Below are positions 28,899-38,824 of a stretch of DNA of 64,000 nucleotides, in pieces (position 1 is the stretch's first letter; each line of letters starts with the position of its first letter). The position numbers and the translations under genes were made by a program. The notes below the pieces were generated by a model. It searched no databases. It was given only the letters and a program-made list of their open reading frames with translations, and was not told the origin of the DNA. The stretch is from Oscillospiraceae bacterium (GTDB lineage: Bacteria; Bacillota; Clostridia; Oscillospirales; CAG-272): the NCBI GenBank assembly GCA_015063585.1, contig SVTW01000005.1:525-64524 (forward strand), written 5' to 3'.

Positions 28899-30263
28899 TT
28901 ACAGAGGGAGATTGCAGTGCTTACGCGACGGCACACCGCCATTTTTCATAAGAAGCATATATACGGCAGAGCAGATTCTCTGGCGAAGCTCGGCGGGATC
29001 GATCACATCGTCGATGCTGCCGCTTGCAGCCGCCGCCTCTGCAGAAGCCTGCGTTTGCTTCCATTCTTCCTCAAGATCGGCGCGTGTGGTCTGCTCGGTG
29101 ATGCGGTCGTTCCAAAGGAATGCCACTGCCGACGCGGGATCCATAACGCTGATCTCGCTTTCGGGAAGCGCATAAACCATATCGGCACCAAGTGCCTTGG
29201 AGCCCATGAGCGTGAAGGACGCGCCGTAAGCCTTGCCAAGCACGACCGTGATCTTTGCGGTATCGGCAGAGGCATATGCCATCGCAAGCTTGCCAAGCTC
29301 TGCCGCCAAGGGTGCATTTTCAGCCGACTCGCTGATCTCAACACCCACACTGTCCACCAAGGTTACAACCGGAATGGAAAAGCTATCACAAAAAGCAATC
29401 AGCTTTGCGGCTTTTCTGGCACCCGCAACCGTGATCACGCCGTTTTTCTCTGCCGCGTTGTTCGCAACTACGCCGCAGGTAACACCGCCGAGCTTGCAAA
29501 GCCCCGTGATCATCTCGGGAGCGTAGCTCTCACCGATCTGTACGAAAGCGTTGCAATCGGCAATCCTGCCAACCGTCTCTTTTCCGCCTTCCTGAATCGA
29601 TGCAAGACGACGATTGATATCATCGGTGGGATCTTCCGCGATCACACCCTCGGCATTATTTGCGGGAAGCAGGTCGATCAGCTTTGCAACCGTTTGAGCG
29701 ACCTCTCCGTCGTTTTCGACCTCGATCGACGCGAGTCCGTTTTTCGCGATCGCATCGGCAGAGCCGATCTCTTTGCCAACCACAAAGGGAGCATTGACGA
29801 ACAATTGGGATCGATCCTTTACCGTTACGGTCAGATCAAACATTGCGGCAACGGTTGCCGCCATACCCGCACAAACACCGCTGATCACAGCGATCTGCGG
29901 AATAACGCCCGACGCGTCGCTGACCACGCGCAACAGCTTACCGTAAGCCGACATTGCCGATGCGCCGTCACATACAACGGCACCTGCGCTGTCAAACAGC
30001 CCGACTACGGGAGCCCCGTTTTTCATTGCCATGCCATAAAGTGCGGCAATTTTTTCTGCCTGAAGTGCATCAAATGCACCTTTTTTTCGGTCGCTGTCCT
30101 GCGCGAATGCGTAAACCAGCTTTCCGCCGATCGCACCGTACCCGCAGACCACGCCTACCATGTCTCCGTCTGCTCTTTTCACAAAGGCACCTGTTTCCGC
30201 AAAGGTCCCCGCGTCAAAGAGCGCCGCAAGTTTTTCCTTGCCGACGGTTGCGCGAATCTCCAT
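28899..30263 (-). CDS. acyl-CoA carboxyltransferase (12S / MmdA-GcdA-PccB-like) subunit
   Basis: 454 aa with two crotonase-like carboxyltransferase halves (GVVCGYGAIGGKLVYAFAQD..., ...VTLVDSVGV...). It is the first gene of the cluster. Confidence 0.8.
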   Translation of the reverse strand: MEIRATVGKEKLAALFDAGTFAETGAFVKRADGDMVGVVCGYGAIGGKLVYAFAQDSDRKKGAFDALQAEKIAALYGMAMKNGAPVVGLFDSAGAVVCDGASAMSAYGKLLRVVSDASGVIPQIAVISGVCAGMAATVAAMFDLTVTVKDRSQLFVNAPFVVGKEIGSADAIAKNGLASIEVENDGEVAQTVAKLIDLLPANNAEGVIAEDPTDDINRRLASIQEGGKETVGRIADCNAFVQIGESYAPEMITGLCKLGGVTCGVVANNAAEKNGVITVAGARKAAKLIAFCDSFSIPVVTLVDSVGVEISESAENAPLAAELGKLAMAYASADTAKITVVLGKAYGASFTLMGSKALGADMVYALPESEISVMDPASAVAFLWNDRITEQTTRADLEEEWKQTQASAEAAAASGSIDDVIDPAELRQRICSAVYMLLMKNGGVPSRKHCNLPL

Positions 30264-30348
30264 AAAGATCTCCTCCGTTTTGGGTTTATAAAATAGATAA
30301 AAACGATATCATTTTTCAAAAAATACCATCTTACCCCATTTTAATAGA

Positions 30349-30377
30349 ATTATATCATAGATCTTGTTGATTGTCAA
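30349..30377 (-). promoter_or_regulatory. candidate sigma-A promoter of the decarboxylase operon
   Basis: On the minus strand: TTGACA (30372-30377), a 17-nt spacer, then TATAAT (30349-30354). It is about 85 nt upstream of the first ATG. Confidence 0.45.
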
Positions 30378-30513
30378 TGCGGAAAAGAAACTTTTTCATT
30401 TTTTTCGCGGTACATTGTCAAAATCAATAAACAAAACGCCCGTTTCTCCGAAAAGGAACGAGCGTTTTAAGAAAACCGTTATTGGGGTTTAAATCCGATA
30501 AATGATGCTGCTA

Positions 30514-31287
30514 TCATTCAAGGGTTAAGAAAGCGCACAGCGCGTTATGATCCGAGTAGTAACAGCCGCAGGCATTGTCATCGGGAACGGCATAGGATTG
30601 CTTGGGGTCAACCGGAAGATTGGTGAAGATATAGTCGATCTTACAGGTTCCCACATCTCCCTTGAAGCCGTGGAAGGATCCCTTGATATTCGCCGTTGCG
30701 TCCTGTGTTCCAAGGTAATCTGCCGTAGAAAGAACAAGCTTGATCGGCTTACTGTCAGGGTAATCATTGAAATCGCCCGTAATCACAAAGGGACATGCGT
30801 GCTCCGCAATGTCTCGCATCAGGAACGCGCACTCAAGCAAGCGCGCCTGTTCCCCCTTGTGGTCTGTGTGAATGTTGTAAAAAGAGAGCAGTTGATGATT
30901 CTCTTTGCAGATCAATTCAGCACAGGCATATGCGCGCGGATACTTGCTCTGATCGATGGTGTCCAAGCGGCTGCCTGCACGCTTGGGAAAGAGCGAGAGT
31001 GCCTCGGTGCGGTAGGCATGCAAACGGAAGCGATCCTTGCGATACGCTATGTACATACCCTCGCCGCAATAATCGGCTTCCCTTCCGTGTCCGATCACAA
31101 TATAATCGTTTAAATTTGCCGTCAGCCAATCCGACATAACGTCGTCGGCTTCCTGAAAGCCGATCAGATCGGGCATTTCACGTCCAATCATGTCAAGGAT
31201 CTTTTGTTTGCGGTAATCAAAAAAATTCTTCCCGTCCGCAATTACACGAATGCGCAGATTAAAGCTCATCACCTTGATCTTTGCCAT
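30514..31287 (-). CDS. endonuclease/exonuclease/phosphatase (EEP) family protein
   Basis: The start was set to MAKIKVMSFNLR (ATG at 31287, AAGGAGA RBS). GFQEA, a C-terminal SDH motif and the overall size fit the EEP fold. Confidence 0.75.
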   Translation of the reverse strand: MAKIKVMSFNLRIRVIADGKNFFDYRKQKILDMIGREMPDLIGFQEADDVMSDWLTANLNDYIVIGHGREADYCGEGMYIAYRKDRFRLHAYRTEALSLFPKRAGSRLDTIDQSKYPRAYACAELICKENHQLLSFYNIHTDHKGEQARLLECAFLMRDIAEHACPFVITGDFNDYPDSKPIKLVLSTADYLGTQDATANIKGSFHGFKGDVGTCKIDYIFTNLPVDPKQSYAVPDDNACGCYYSDHNALCAFLTLE

Positions 31288-31367
31288 GTTTTTTCTCCTT
31301 TTCAGTTTCAGTCTCATAGCCTTTGCGAAAAAACGGGAGCGGACCGAGGTCCGCTCCCATTTTTTAA

Positions 31368-33401
31368 TTACTCTTCAACGGGAGCCTCAACGGACTCTTC
31401 AGCTGCGTACTCCTCAGGCATAGCCTCTGCTGCCGCTGCTGCTTCCTCAAGAAGCGAACGGATCGAAAGGCTTACCTTCTGCTTCTCATCGTCGATCTCA
31501 ATGATGCGAGCATCTACAACCTGACCGATCTCAAGAAGATCAGCGGGCTTAGCGATTCTCTGCATTGCGATCTGCGAGATGTGAATCAAGCCGTCTACAC
31601 CGTCAACGATCTCTGCGAATGCGCCGAAAGGCATCATGCTTACGATCTTAACCGATGCGATATCTCCAACCGCATACTGCGACTTGAAGATGTTCCAAGG
31701 ATTGGTCTCCTCGGTCTTGTATCCGAGCGAGATTCTCTTCTTTTCGGGATCAAAGCTCTTTACGAATACCGTGATTGCGTCGCCAACAGCAACAACCTCT
31801 GCGGGATTCTTGATGTGCTTCCAGGACAGCTCAGTGAGATGAACCATTCCGTCAACGCCGCCAAGATCAACGAATGCGCCGTAAGAGGTCATGCTCTTAA
31901 CAGTACCGTTGTAAACCTTGCCAACCTCGATGTTTGCCCAGAAGTCAGCCTCCTGTGCACGGCGAACCTCGCGCTGTACCACGCGGATCGAGCCGATCGC
32001 CTTTTTACCCTGCTTCACCTCAATGATCTTGAACTGAACCGTGGAGCCAACGATCGAAGCAAGATCGCCGTCCTTCGGAACACCGGTCTGAGAAGCAGGA
32101 ACGAAAACGCGGTTTGCGTTGCACCAAATCACAACGCCCCCCTTAACAGCCTCGGCAACCTTGCCCTCGAGAACGGTCTTGTCCTCGCAAGCAGCAACAA
32201 GCGTCAGCCAGTTTCTGTCTGCGTCAACTCTCTTCTTGGAGAGCTCCGCAACACCTTCAATGTCGCTCACACGGATAACAAAGGCCTCTACCTTGTCACC
32301 GTTTTTGAAGTTCTCGGTCAGCTTAAAAGCAGGGTCGTTCGTGATCTGGTCTGCTTTGATGTAGCCAGTCACGCCGGCGCCAACGTCAAGCTGAAGTTCA
32401 GCATCAGACACGTGAGTTACGGTTCCGGTAACGACATCTCCTGTATTTAAAGTTGAGCACGCAGACTCGTCGAGCATTTTTTCGAAATTTTCTTTCATTT
32501 CGGTCATGGTTTTATATACCTCCTCTATTTCATCGCTCGGTGTCGATGCACCCGCGACGATTCCAATGTTAGTAGCGTCGGAAAGCATATCGCGATCCAA
32601 TTCGGACGCATTTGCGATCCAGACGGTTTTGCCGCAATGTCTGCGGCAGATCTCATACAGCTTTGCCGTATTCGAGCTTTCTCTTCCACCGATCACAACC
32701 ATAAAATCGCATTGCTTTGCAAGCTCGGCTGCCTCGGTTTGCCGTGTTTCAGTCACACTGCATATTGTATCAAAAATAATCGCATTTGTATATAGTTTTT
32801 TTAATTTTTTTTGAGTTTGGTGCCATATGCCCAAATTTTGGGTCGTTTGAGCGACCATAACGGGCGTTTTTTTGTGCATTTTATCAACATCGCGTTGACA
32901 AAGTGACGATTCCATTTCCTCAGCAGACGAAAAAACGTACTTTTCGCCGTCAAAGCAGCTCATAATTCCGATCACCTCGGGATGATTGGCTGCCCCGATC
33001 AGCACAAAGAAATGCGCCTCGGCATCGGTCTCCCCCGCAATTTTGTGAATTTTCTTCACATAAGGGCAGGTGCAGTCGATCCAATCGAAATAGGGGTTTT
33101 GCTCGGCAGATCGGGTAAGCAACGCGATCGTTTCACGCGGACATCCGTGCGCACGCACCAAAACCTTTACGGGATGCGCCGCGTCAGCCTCCTGTGCCAA
33201 CGTTGCGATCGCATCGGTATCAATTGCCTCCACGCCGCGGCGTTTGAGCGACTCATTATAGGTCTCGTTATGGATCAGATGCCCCAGCGTAAAGATCCGC
33301 TCCCCCGCCGTTGCGTTTCGGAGTGCCTCCTCCAAACGGTCGGTCGCGCGCTTCACACCAAAGCAAAAGCCTGCGTTTTCGGCAACGGTAACATGTTTCA
33401 T
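31368..33401 (-). CDS. ispH: bifunctional 4-hydroxy-3-methylbut-2-enyl diphosphate reductase (IspH) / ribosomal protein S1-like (4 S1 domains)
   Basis: The start was set to MKHVTVAENAGFCFGVKRA (ATG at 33401). The N-terminal ~280 aa are IspH-like, with conserved Cys contexts. The C-terminal ~390 aa hold repeated S1 OB folds (GxVxGxV...GFVD/FAE...G.IH.S). Confidence 0.9.
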   Translation of the reverse strand: MKHVTVAENAGFCFGVKRATDRLEEALRNATAGERIFTLGHLIHNETYNESLKRRGVEAIDTDAIATLAQEADAAHPVKVLVRAHGCPRETIALLTRSAEQNPYFDWIDCTCPYVKKIHKIAGETDAEAHFFVLIGAANHPEVIGIMSCFDGEKYVFSSAEEMESSLCQRDVDKMHKKTPVMVAQTTQNLGIWHQTQKKLKKLYTNAIIFDTICSVTETRQTEAAELAKQCDFMVVIGGRESSNTAKLYEICRRHCGKTVWIANASELDRDMLSDATNIGIVAGASTPSDEIEEVYKTMTEMKENFEKMLDESACSTLNTGDVVTGTVTHVSDAELQLDVGAGVTGYIKADQITNDPAFKLTENFKNGDKVEAFVIRVSDIEGVAELSKKRVDADRNWLTLVAACEDKTVLEGKVAEAVKGGVVIWCNANRVFVPASQTGVPKDGDLASIVGSTVQFKIIEVKQGKKAIGSIRVVQREVRRAQEADFWANIEVGKVYNGTVKSMTSYGAFVDLGGVDGMVHLTELSWKHIKNPAEVVAVGDAITVFVKSFDPEKKRISLGYKTEETNPWNIFKSQYAVGDIASVKIVSMMPFGAFAEIVDGVDGLIHISQIAMQRIAKPADLLEIGQVVDARIIEIDDEKQKVSLSIRSLLEEAAAAAEAMPEEYAAEESVEAPVEE

Positions 33402-33426
33402 AATGGGTTGATATCCTTTCCGAAAA

Positions 33427-34110
33427 TCAGATCCGATCGGCGGGGTCACCGAGTTTTTCCTTGATCACGTTCAGGATCCCCTCGGTACATTCCTCAGGTG
33501 TCATCCAAGAATTGTCAAACAGTACGGCATCGGGTGCTGCAACAGCAGGCGCAACCGTGCGCGAGCTGTCTGCCGCGTCACGTGCCTGCATAGTGGCAAG
33601 GACCTCCTCATAGGTGGTGGTCTGCCCCTTCGCGATCAGTTCATCATAGCGGCGCTTTGCGCGGCACTCATTGCTTGCCGTCAAAAAGATTTTTACATCG
33701 GCATCGGGAAGAATTACGGTTCCGATATCTCTGCCGTCCATGATCACGCTGTACCGACGCGCAAGATCGCGTTGCGTATCAAGCAAGAAGCTGCGAACCG
33801 CGGGAATTGCGGACACGGCGGACGCATAAAGCGACATCTCATTGGTGCGGATGCGGTCGCCCAGATCCTCACCGTTGAGCAAAACGTGCTGTGTTCCGTC
33901 CACGTATTGCAGATCAATCTCAATATTCGGCAAAAGTGCCTCAACCGCAGCGGCGTTTTTGGGGTCAGTATTCCGGGAGCGCACATAGTATCCGATCGTA
34001 CGGTAAAGCGCGCCCGTATCAACGTAAAGAATTCCGAGCTTTGCGGCGAGTGCTTTCGCAACCGTCGATTTTCCAGCTCCGCTGGGTCCGTCAATGGCAA
34101 TTCGAATCAT
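33427..34110 (-). CDS. cmk: cytidylate kinase
   Basis: 227 aa. P-loop IAIDGPSGAGKST and the DTGALYR motif. Confidence 0.93.
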   Translation of the reverse strand: MIRIAIDGPSGAGKSTVAKALAAKLGILYVDTGALYRTIGYYVRSRNTDPKNAAAVEALLPNIEIDLQYVDGTQHVLLNGEDLGDRIRTNEMSLYASAVSAIPAVRSFLLDTQRDLARRYSVIMDGRDIGTVILPDADVKIFLTASNECRAKRRYDELIAKGQTTTYEEVLATMQARDAADSSRTVAPAVAAPDAVLFDNSWMTPEECTEGILNVIKEKLGDPADRI

Positions 34111-34124
34111 ATCAATTCCAACCT

Positions 34125-35396
34125 TTAATTTATTTCTTGCTCTGCCGCGGAAGTACCCGCAAGCACAGCGGTGGAAAACGCAATTTGCAAATTAAATCCG
34201 CCCGTGTAAGCGTCCACATCGATCAATTCGCCCGCAAAATACAACCCCTTTACACGCTTTGATGCCATCGTTTTGGGATCAATTTCCTTCACCGATACGC
34301 CGCCGCGTGTAATGATCGCCTCATTGATCGGGCGAAATCCCACCAGCTTGACCCGAAAGCCCTTTAAGAGCTTTACCATGCGTTCACGCTCCTCGCGTGT
34401 GATCGAATGGACCTTTTTGCGCGGATCGATCTGCGTGAGCCCAACAAAAGGCTCGATCAATTTCTGCGGGAGAAGATCGTCAAGCGCGTTGATAAAATCA
34501 CGGTTCTTGTATTTTTCAAAATCGGAACGGATTCTCGCGTCCAGTGTTTTCTCATCAAGAGCGGGTTTGAGATCGATCTGCGCCTCATATTTATCGGGGC
34601 AAATATCGGAAAGATGCGCCGAAGCCGATAAAACGAGCGGCCCTGTTAAGCCGAAATGCGTAAACATCATTTCGCCAAAATCCTCAAACACAGGCTTCTT
34701 TCGCGCGCTGTCGTATACGGTCAACCGAACGTTTCGCAGAGACAGCCCCTGCAATGAAGCGCAAAGCCTTCCATCGGCAATGAGCGGAACAAGAGAGGGC
34801 TTGATCGCGGTGACGGTATGCCCCAATCGTTCGGCAAAACGGTATCCGTCGCCGTCCGATCCCGTGGTAGGATAGGAGCGCCCGCCCGTGCAAAGGATCA
34901 CCGCATCGTAGGGATCACACCCCTCTGAGGTCTGCACCGCACGGACACATGCGTTTTCCTCAACTATATTTTGCACACGGCGATGCAGAATATGCACCCC
35001 GTATTCCCTGCATTTTCGTTCAAGTGCCGCCACGATATCAGCCGCTCTGTCCGAAACCGGAAAAACACGCTTTCCGCGTTCGGTTTTCAGCGGCACACCG
35101 GCTTTCTCAAAAAAATCCATCGTATCCGACGTGGTAAAAGCCGAGAGCGCGGCATATAAAAAGCGCGGGTTTGTGGGAACGTTTGCAAGAAACTCATTGA
35201 GGTCGCAGTCGTTTGTAACGTTACACCGACCCTTTCCTGTGATGCGCAGCTTCTTTCCCATGCGGTCATTTCGCTCATAGAGCGTCACCTCCGCGCCGTT
35301 TCGCGCCGCGAAGATAGCCGCCATCATACCTGCCGCGCCGCCGCCCACAACGGCGACCCGTTTCGAATCAGTGAGGCTTTTTGTCATACACGTCAT
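34125..35396 (-). CDS. HI0933/YhiN-family FAD-dependent oxidoreductase
   Basis: 423 aa. N-terminal dinucleotide fold VAVVGGGAAGMMAA, KGRCNVTN and a C-terminal GGFNLQ motif. The start could be 35387 or 35396. Confidence 0.8.
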   Translation of the reverse strand: MTCMTKSLTDSKRVAVVGGGAAGMMAAIFAARNGAEVTLYERNDRMGKKLRITGKGRCNVTNDCDLNEFLANVPTNPRFLYAALSAFTTSDTMDFFEKAGVPLKTERGKRVFPVSDRAADIVAALERKCREYGVHILHRRVQNIVEENACVRAVQTSEGCDPYDAVILCTGGRSYPTTGSDGDGYRFAERLGHTVTAIKPSLVPLIADGRLCASLQGLSLRNVRLTVYDSARKKPVFEDFGEMMFTHFGLTGPLVLSASAHLSDICPDKYEAQIDLKPALDEKTLDARIRSDFEKYKNRDFINALDDLLPQKLIEPFVGLTQIDPRKKVHSITREERERMVKLLKGFRVKLVGFRPINEAIITRGGVSVKEIDPKTMASKRVKGLYFAGELIDVDAYTGGFNLQIAFSTAVLAGTSAAEQEIN

Positions 35397-36231
35397 ACCG
35401 ATCCCACACTTCTTCTAAGATCCGCAAGCGTTCGGTCAGCTCGTCCTGCTTTTTTCTCGACACCGCCACCACCATCGCATTGATGATACTCAGCGGAGCA
35501 ACGAGAGAATCGACAAACGATGCCATATCGCTCTGCGCGATCAAAAGTTGATTGGCAAACTGCGCGATGGGAGAAAGCTTGCTGTCGGTCAGAGCAACCA
35601 CATTGGCATTGCGAGAGCGTGCGTACTCCACCGCGTTTATGATCCGCTTGGAATAACGCGGAAAACTGATCGCGATCATGACGTCGCCTTCCTCAATGCG
35701 CATGATCTGCTCAAACATTTCACTTCCCGAGGTCGTTTGAACGAACTTAACGTTATCAAAGATCATTCGGAAATTAAAATTGAGGAATCCCGCAAGAGAC
35801 GAGGAAGAACGAACACCGATGATATAGATATTTTTTGCGGTAATGATGCGGTCGATCGCCGCCTCAAAGGATGCGTGATCGATCTCCTCCATTGTGCGGC
35901 GGATCTTTTCAGCGTCCGACAAAAGGACTTTATCGAGCACGTTGCCGTCACCGATCAGATTATTGGTCACCTCAATGCGTTGAAAGGAGGTCAACCGATT
36001 ACGAATGATCTCACGGAGTGAATGCTGAAACGCGGGGTAACCGTCATATCCCAGCTCGTTTGCGAAGCGAACGACCGTGGATTCGGAAACCCCAACGATC
36101 GCTCCCAACTTAGAGGCAGTGAGATACGCGGCTTTGTCGTAATGCGCCAGAATATACGAGGCAATGAGCTTCTGCCCTTTGGAAAATGAGGGCATTTTTT
36201 CTTCAATAACCTTCAAAAGATCTCCGTTCAT
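35368..36231 (-). CDS. MurR/RpiR-family transcriptional regulator (HTH_6 + SIS)
   Basis: The start was set to MNGDLLKVIEE (ATG at 36231, GGAGG 8 nt upstream). HTH segment SKLGAIVGVSESTVVRFANELGYDGY and a SIS domain (IYIIGVRSS). Confidence 0.85.
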   Translation of the reverse strand: MNGDLLKVIEEKMPSFSKGQKLIASYILAHYDKAAYLTASKLGAIVGVSESTVVRFANELGYDGYPAFQHSLREIIRNRLTSFQRIEVTNNLIGDGNVLDKVLLSDAEKIRRTMEEIDHASFEAAIDRIITAKNIYIIGVRSSSSLAGFLNFNFRMIFDNVKFVQTTSGSEMFEQIMRIEEGDVMIAISFPRYSKRIINAVEYARSRNANVVALTDSKLSPIAQFANQLLIAQSDMASFVDSLVAPLSIINAMVVAVSRKKQDELTERLRILEEVWDRYDVYDKKPH

Positions 36232-36439
36232 CTCAGAGCCCTCCTCCTTCACAGATGGTATCGCCAAATTACGGCACTTTTATTATTATACATTATAAAA
36301 TATATTTTGTCAACAGCTTTCCTCTAAATTATCCTGTTTTTTGTCGGAAATTCGGAAGGATAACAGACAAAAAATCCCCGTCGGTTTTCACCAAACGAGG
36401 ATTTTTTAGGGGGATTCCGATTGAAAAATGCCGTTTGTT

Positions 36440-36685
36440 TCAGCGGACATCCACGATATCAACGATTACTTTCTTACCGCTGTTTGCCGCAGCCGCCTTA
36501 ATTACGGTGCGGATAGCCTTTGCGATCTTGCCGTGACGGCCGATCACCATGCCCATATCGTCGGGTGCAACCGTCAGCGTCAGGGTGATGCTGCGATCAT
36601 CCTGCACTTCGGTTACCTTTACTTCATCGGGCGAATCGACGATTGCCTTTGCAATGTCCAATAAAGTTTCTTGCAAGTTAATCAT
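36440..36685 (-). CDS. khpA: KH-domain RNA-binding protein (KhpA/YlqC-like)
   Basis: 81 aa with a GxxG-type KH core (VIGRHGKIAKAIRTV). It has the conserved position after rpsP. Confidence 0.85.
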   Translation of the reverse strand: MINLQETLLDIAKAIVDSPDEVKVTEVQDDRSITLTLTVAPDDMGMVIGRHGKIAKAIRTVIKAAAANSGKKVIVDIVDVR

Positions 36686-36709
36686 GCTTGTGTCTCCTTA
36701 TGGGACAGA

Positions 36710-36955
36710 TCAATCAACGATTCCGCTCTTCTTCAGCAGAGATTTAACAGTCTCGGTGGGCTGTGCTCCGTTTGCGATCCACTTCTTTGCCTTCTCTGCG
36801 TCGATCTTGATCTCAGCGGGATTGGTAAGGGGGTTGTAGTAGCCAAGCTCCTCAATGAAGCGACCGTCTCTGGGCGAGCGGCTGTCTGCTACGATTACAC
36901 GGTAAAAGGGAGCTTTCTTTGCGCCCATTCTTCTGAGTCTCATTTTTACTGCCAT
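36710..36955 (-). CDS. rpsP: 30S ribosomal protein S16
   Basis: 81 aa. [42 protein letters not shown]. Confidence 0.97.
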   Translation of the reverse strand: MAVKMRLRRMGAKKAPFYRVIVADSRSPRDGRFIEELGYYNPLTNPAEIKIDAEKAKKWIANGAQPTETVKSLLKKSGIVD

Positions 36956-37013
36956 GATTTGTCTTCCTCCAAAAAAAATTTAAAAAGTTTTTTCTATTAA
37001 TGAACGGGTGAAT

Positions 37014-38357
37014 TCAGAACGGCAACTTCATTCTTCCGAGCATTTTCTGTCCTTTTTTGGTCTTACCCATGTCACTGAACTGTTTCATCATTTTCACCAT
37101 CTGTTCGAATTGACGAAGCAGCTTATTGACTTCCTCGACCGATGTGCCCGATCCTGCCGCGATTCTCTTTTTGCGAGACGCATTGATGATTTCGGGCTTT
37201 GTTCTTTCCCGCGGGGTCATCGCACGGATGATCGCCTCGGTATGTGCCATGACCTTTTCGTCGATCTTGGCGTCCTTGAGTGCTCCCGGCTTCACACCCG
37301 GCATCATTGCCATGAGCTGTTCGAGATTGCCCATATTTTTGAGTTGGGCAAGCTGTGCGAGATAATCGTCGAGCGTAAAGGTTTGCTGGCGCATCTTTTG
37401 CTCAAGCTCCGCCGCCTGCTTCTCGTCGTATGCCGCCTGTGCCTTGTCGATCAGAGTCAGCACGTCGCCCATACCGAGAATTCTCGATGCCATTCGATCG
37501 GGATGGAAGGGTTCGATGGTGTCGAGCTTTTCGCCCGTTCCCACAAATTTGATCGGTTTTCCCGTGACGTAGCGGATCGAAAGCGCCGCACCGCCTCGCG
37601 TGTCACCGTCAAGCTTTGTCAAGATAACACCTGTGATGTCAAGCAGATCGTTAAAGGTTTCTGCCACGTTGACCGATTCCTGACCGATCATGGCATCCAC
37701 CGTTAAAAGGATCTCGGTGGGGTTGACCTCCGCCTTGATATTCTTCAGCTCCTCCATGAGCACTTCGTCGATTTGCAGACGTCCTGCCGTGTCGATGAAG
37801 ACCATGTCGTAGCCCTTTTGCTTTGCAAATTGCAGGCCTTCCTTTGCGATCTGCACGGGAGAAACCTGATCACCCAGCGTAAACACGGGAATATCCAGCT
37901 TCTCACCGACAACCTGGAGCTGTTTGATTGCGGCGGGACGGTAAACGTCACCCGCAACGAGCAGGGGGCGTTTTCCCTGCTTTTTATATAACCCCGCAAG
38001 CTTTGCGGCATGCGTAGTTTTACCTGCGCCCTGCAGACCCACCATCATAATGACCGTGGGGGGCTGGGACGAGATGGTCAGTTTGGACTGAGAGCCGCCC
38101 ATCAATCGGGTAAGCTCCTCGTTTACGATCTTAACGATCTGTTGCGCGGGAAGAAGCGACTCCAAAACCTCAACCCCCACCGCGCGCTCGGATACGATCT
38201 TGATAAAGTCACGTACTACCTTAAAGTTTACGTCGGCTTCCAGCAGAGCGAGCTTGATCTCACGCATGCCCGCCTTGACGTCGGCTTCGGTCAACTTTCC
38301 TTTATTTCGAAACTTTTTAAATGCATTGTTCAGCTTTTCTCCAAGACTTTCAAACAT
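37014..38357 (-). CDS. ffh: signal recognition particle protein Ffh
   Basis: 447 aa. NG domain (GLQGAGKTT, DTAGRL, TKLDGD) and a Met-rich M domain. Confidence 0.97.
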   Translation of the reverse strand: MFESLGEKLNNAFKKFRNKGKLTEADVKAGMREIKLALLEADVNFKVVRDFIKIVSERAVGVEVLESLLPAQQIVKIVNEELTRLMGGSQSKLTISSQPPTVIMMVGLQGAGKTTHAAKLAGLYKKQGKRPLLVAGDVYRPAAIKQLQVVGEKLDIPVFTLGDQVSPVQIAKEGLQFAKQKGYDMVFIDTAGRLQIDEVLMEELKNIKAEVNPTEILLTVDAMIGQESVNVAETFNDLLDITGVILTKLDGDTRGGAALSIRYVTGKPIKFVGTGEKLDTIEPFHPDRMASRILGMGDVLTLIDKAQAAYDEKQAAELEQKMRQQTFTLDDYLAQLAQLKNMGNLEQLMAMMPGVKPGALKDAKIDEKVMAHTEAIIRAMTPRERTKPEIINASRKKRIAAGSGTSVEEVNKLLRQFEQMVKMMKQFSDMGKTKKGQKMLGRMKLPF

Positions 38358-38390
38358 AGGCTCTCCTCCTCCCGTCTCGTTTTTGGCGGG

Positions 38391-38726
38391 TCAGGATCCA
38401 ACGATTTGTGCCAGCTCCTTTACCGCCTCTTGTATCTCCGCCCCGATTCCCGCGTCATCCAGCAGATTCTGCAATCGCGCGGCACTGTCCTGCACACGGC
38501 GGAAGCGCGTGGCAAGACCGAGCTTTTCCTCATAGAACCGAAGCTCCTCTTCTGCTTTTTTGATCAGTTCTCTCACACCCTGCCGCGAAATTCCGATCTC
38601 CTGTGCGATCTCGGCAAGAGAAAGATCATCGTTGTAATAATAATCTAACACGGTTCGCTTCCGATCGGAAAGGACCTCACCGTAAAAATCCAATAAAAAG
38701 GCGATTTTCAGATCTTTTTCAAACAT
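38391..38726 (-). CDS. ylxM: YlxM/UPF0122 putative DNA-binding protein
   Basis: 111 aa with a sigma-70 region-4-like HTH (LSLAEIAQEIGISRQGV). It has the conserved position upstream of ffh. Confidence 0.85.
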   Translation of the reverse strand: MFEKDLKIAFLLDFYGEVLSDRKRTVLDYYYNDDLSLAEIAQEIGISRQGVRELIKKAEEELRFYEEKLGLATRFRRVQDSAARLQNLLDDAGIGAEIQEAVKELAQIVGS

Positions 38727-38824
38727 TTTCTTCGTCCTGTTTTTTGGTGTAAAGCAAAATACTTTACAAGTATATCACAAGACTTTTTATTTGTCAAGTG
38801 TTTTTTTAATTTTTCTAAAAATTT

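Noticed and set aside
36268-36439. The intergenic region between the RpiR regulator and khpA was inspected for a riboswitch or small RNA.
   Set aside because: Only weak imperfect hairpins and a plausible terminator-like AAAATCC...GGATTTTTT are present. There is no conserved motif I recognise.
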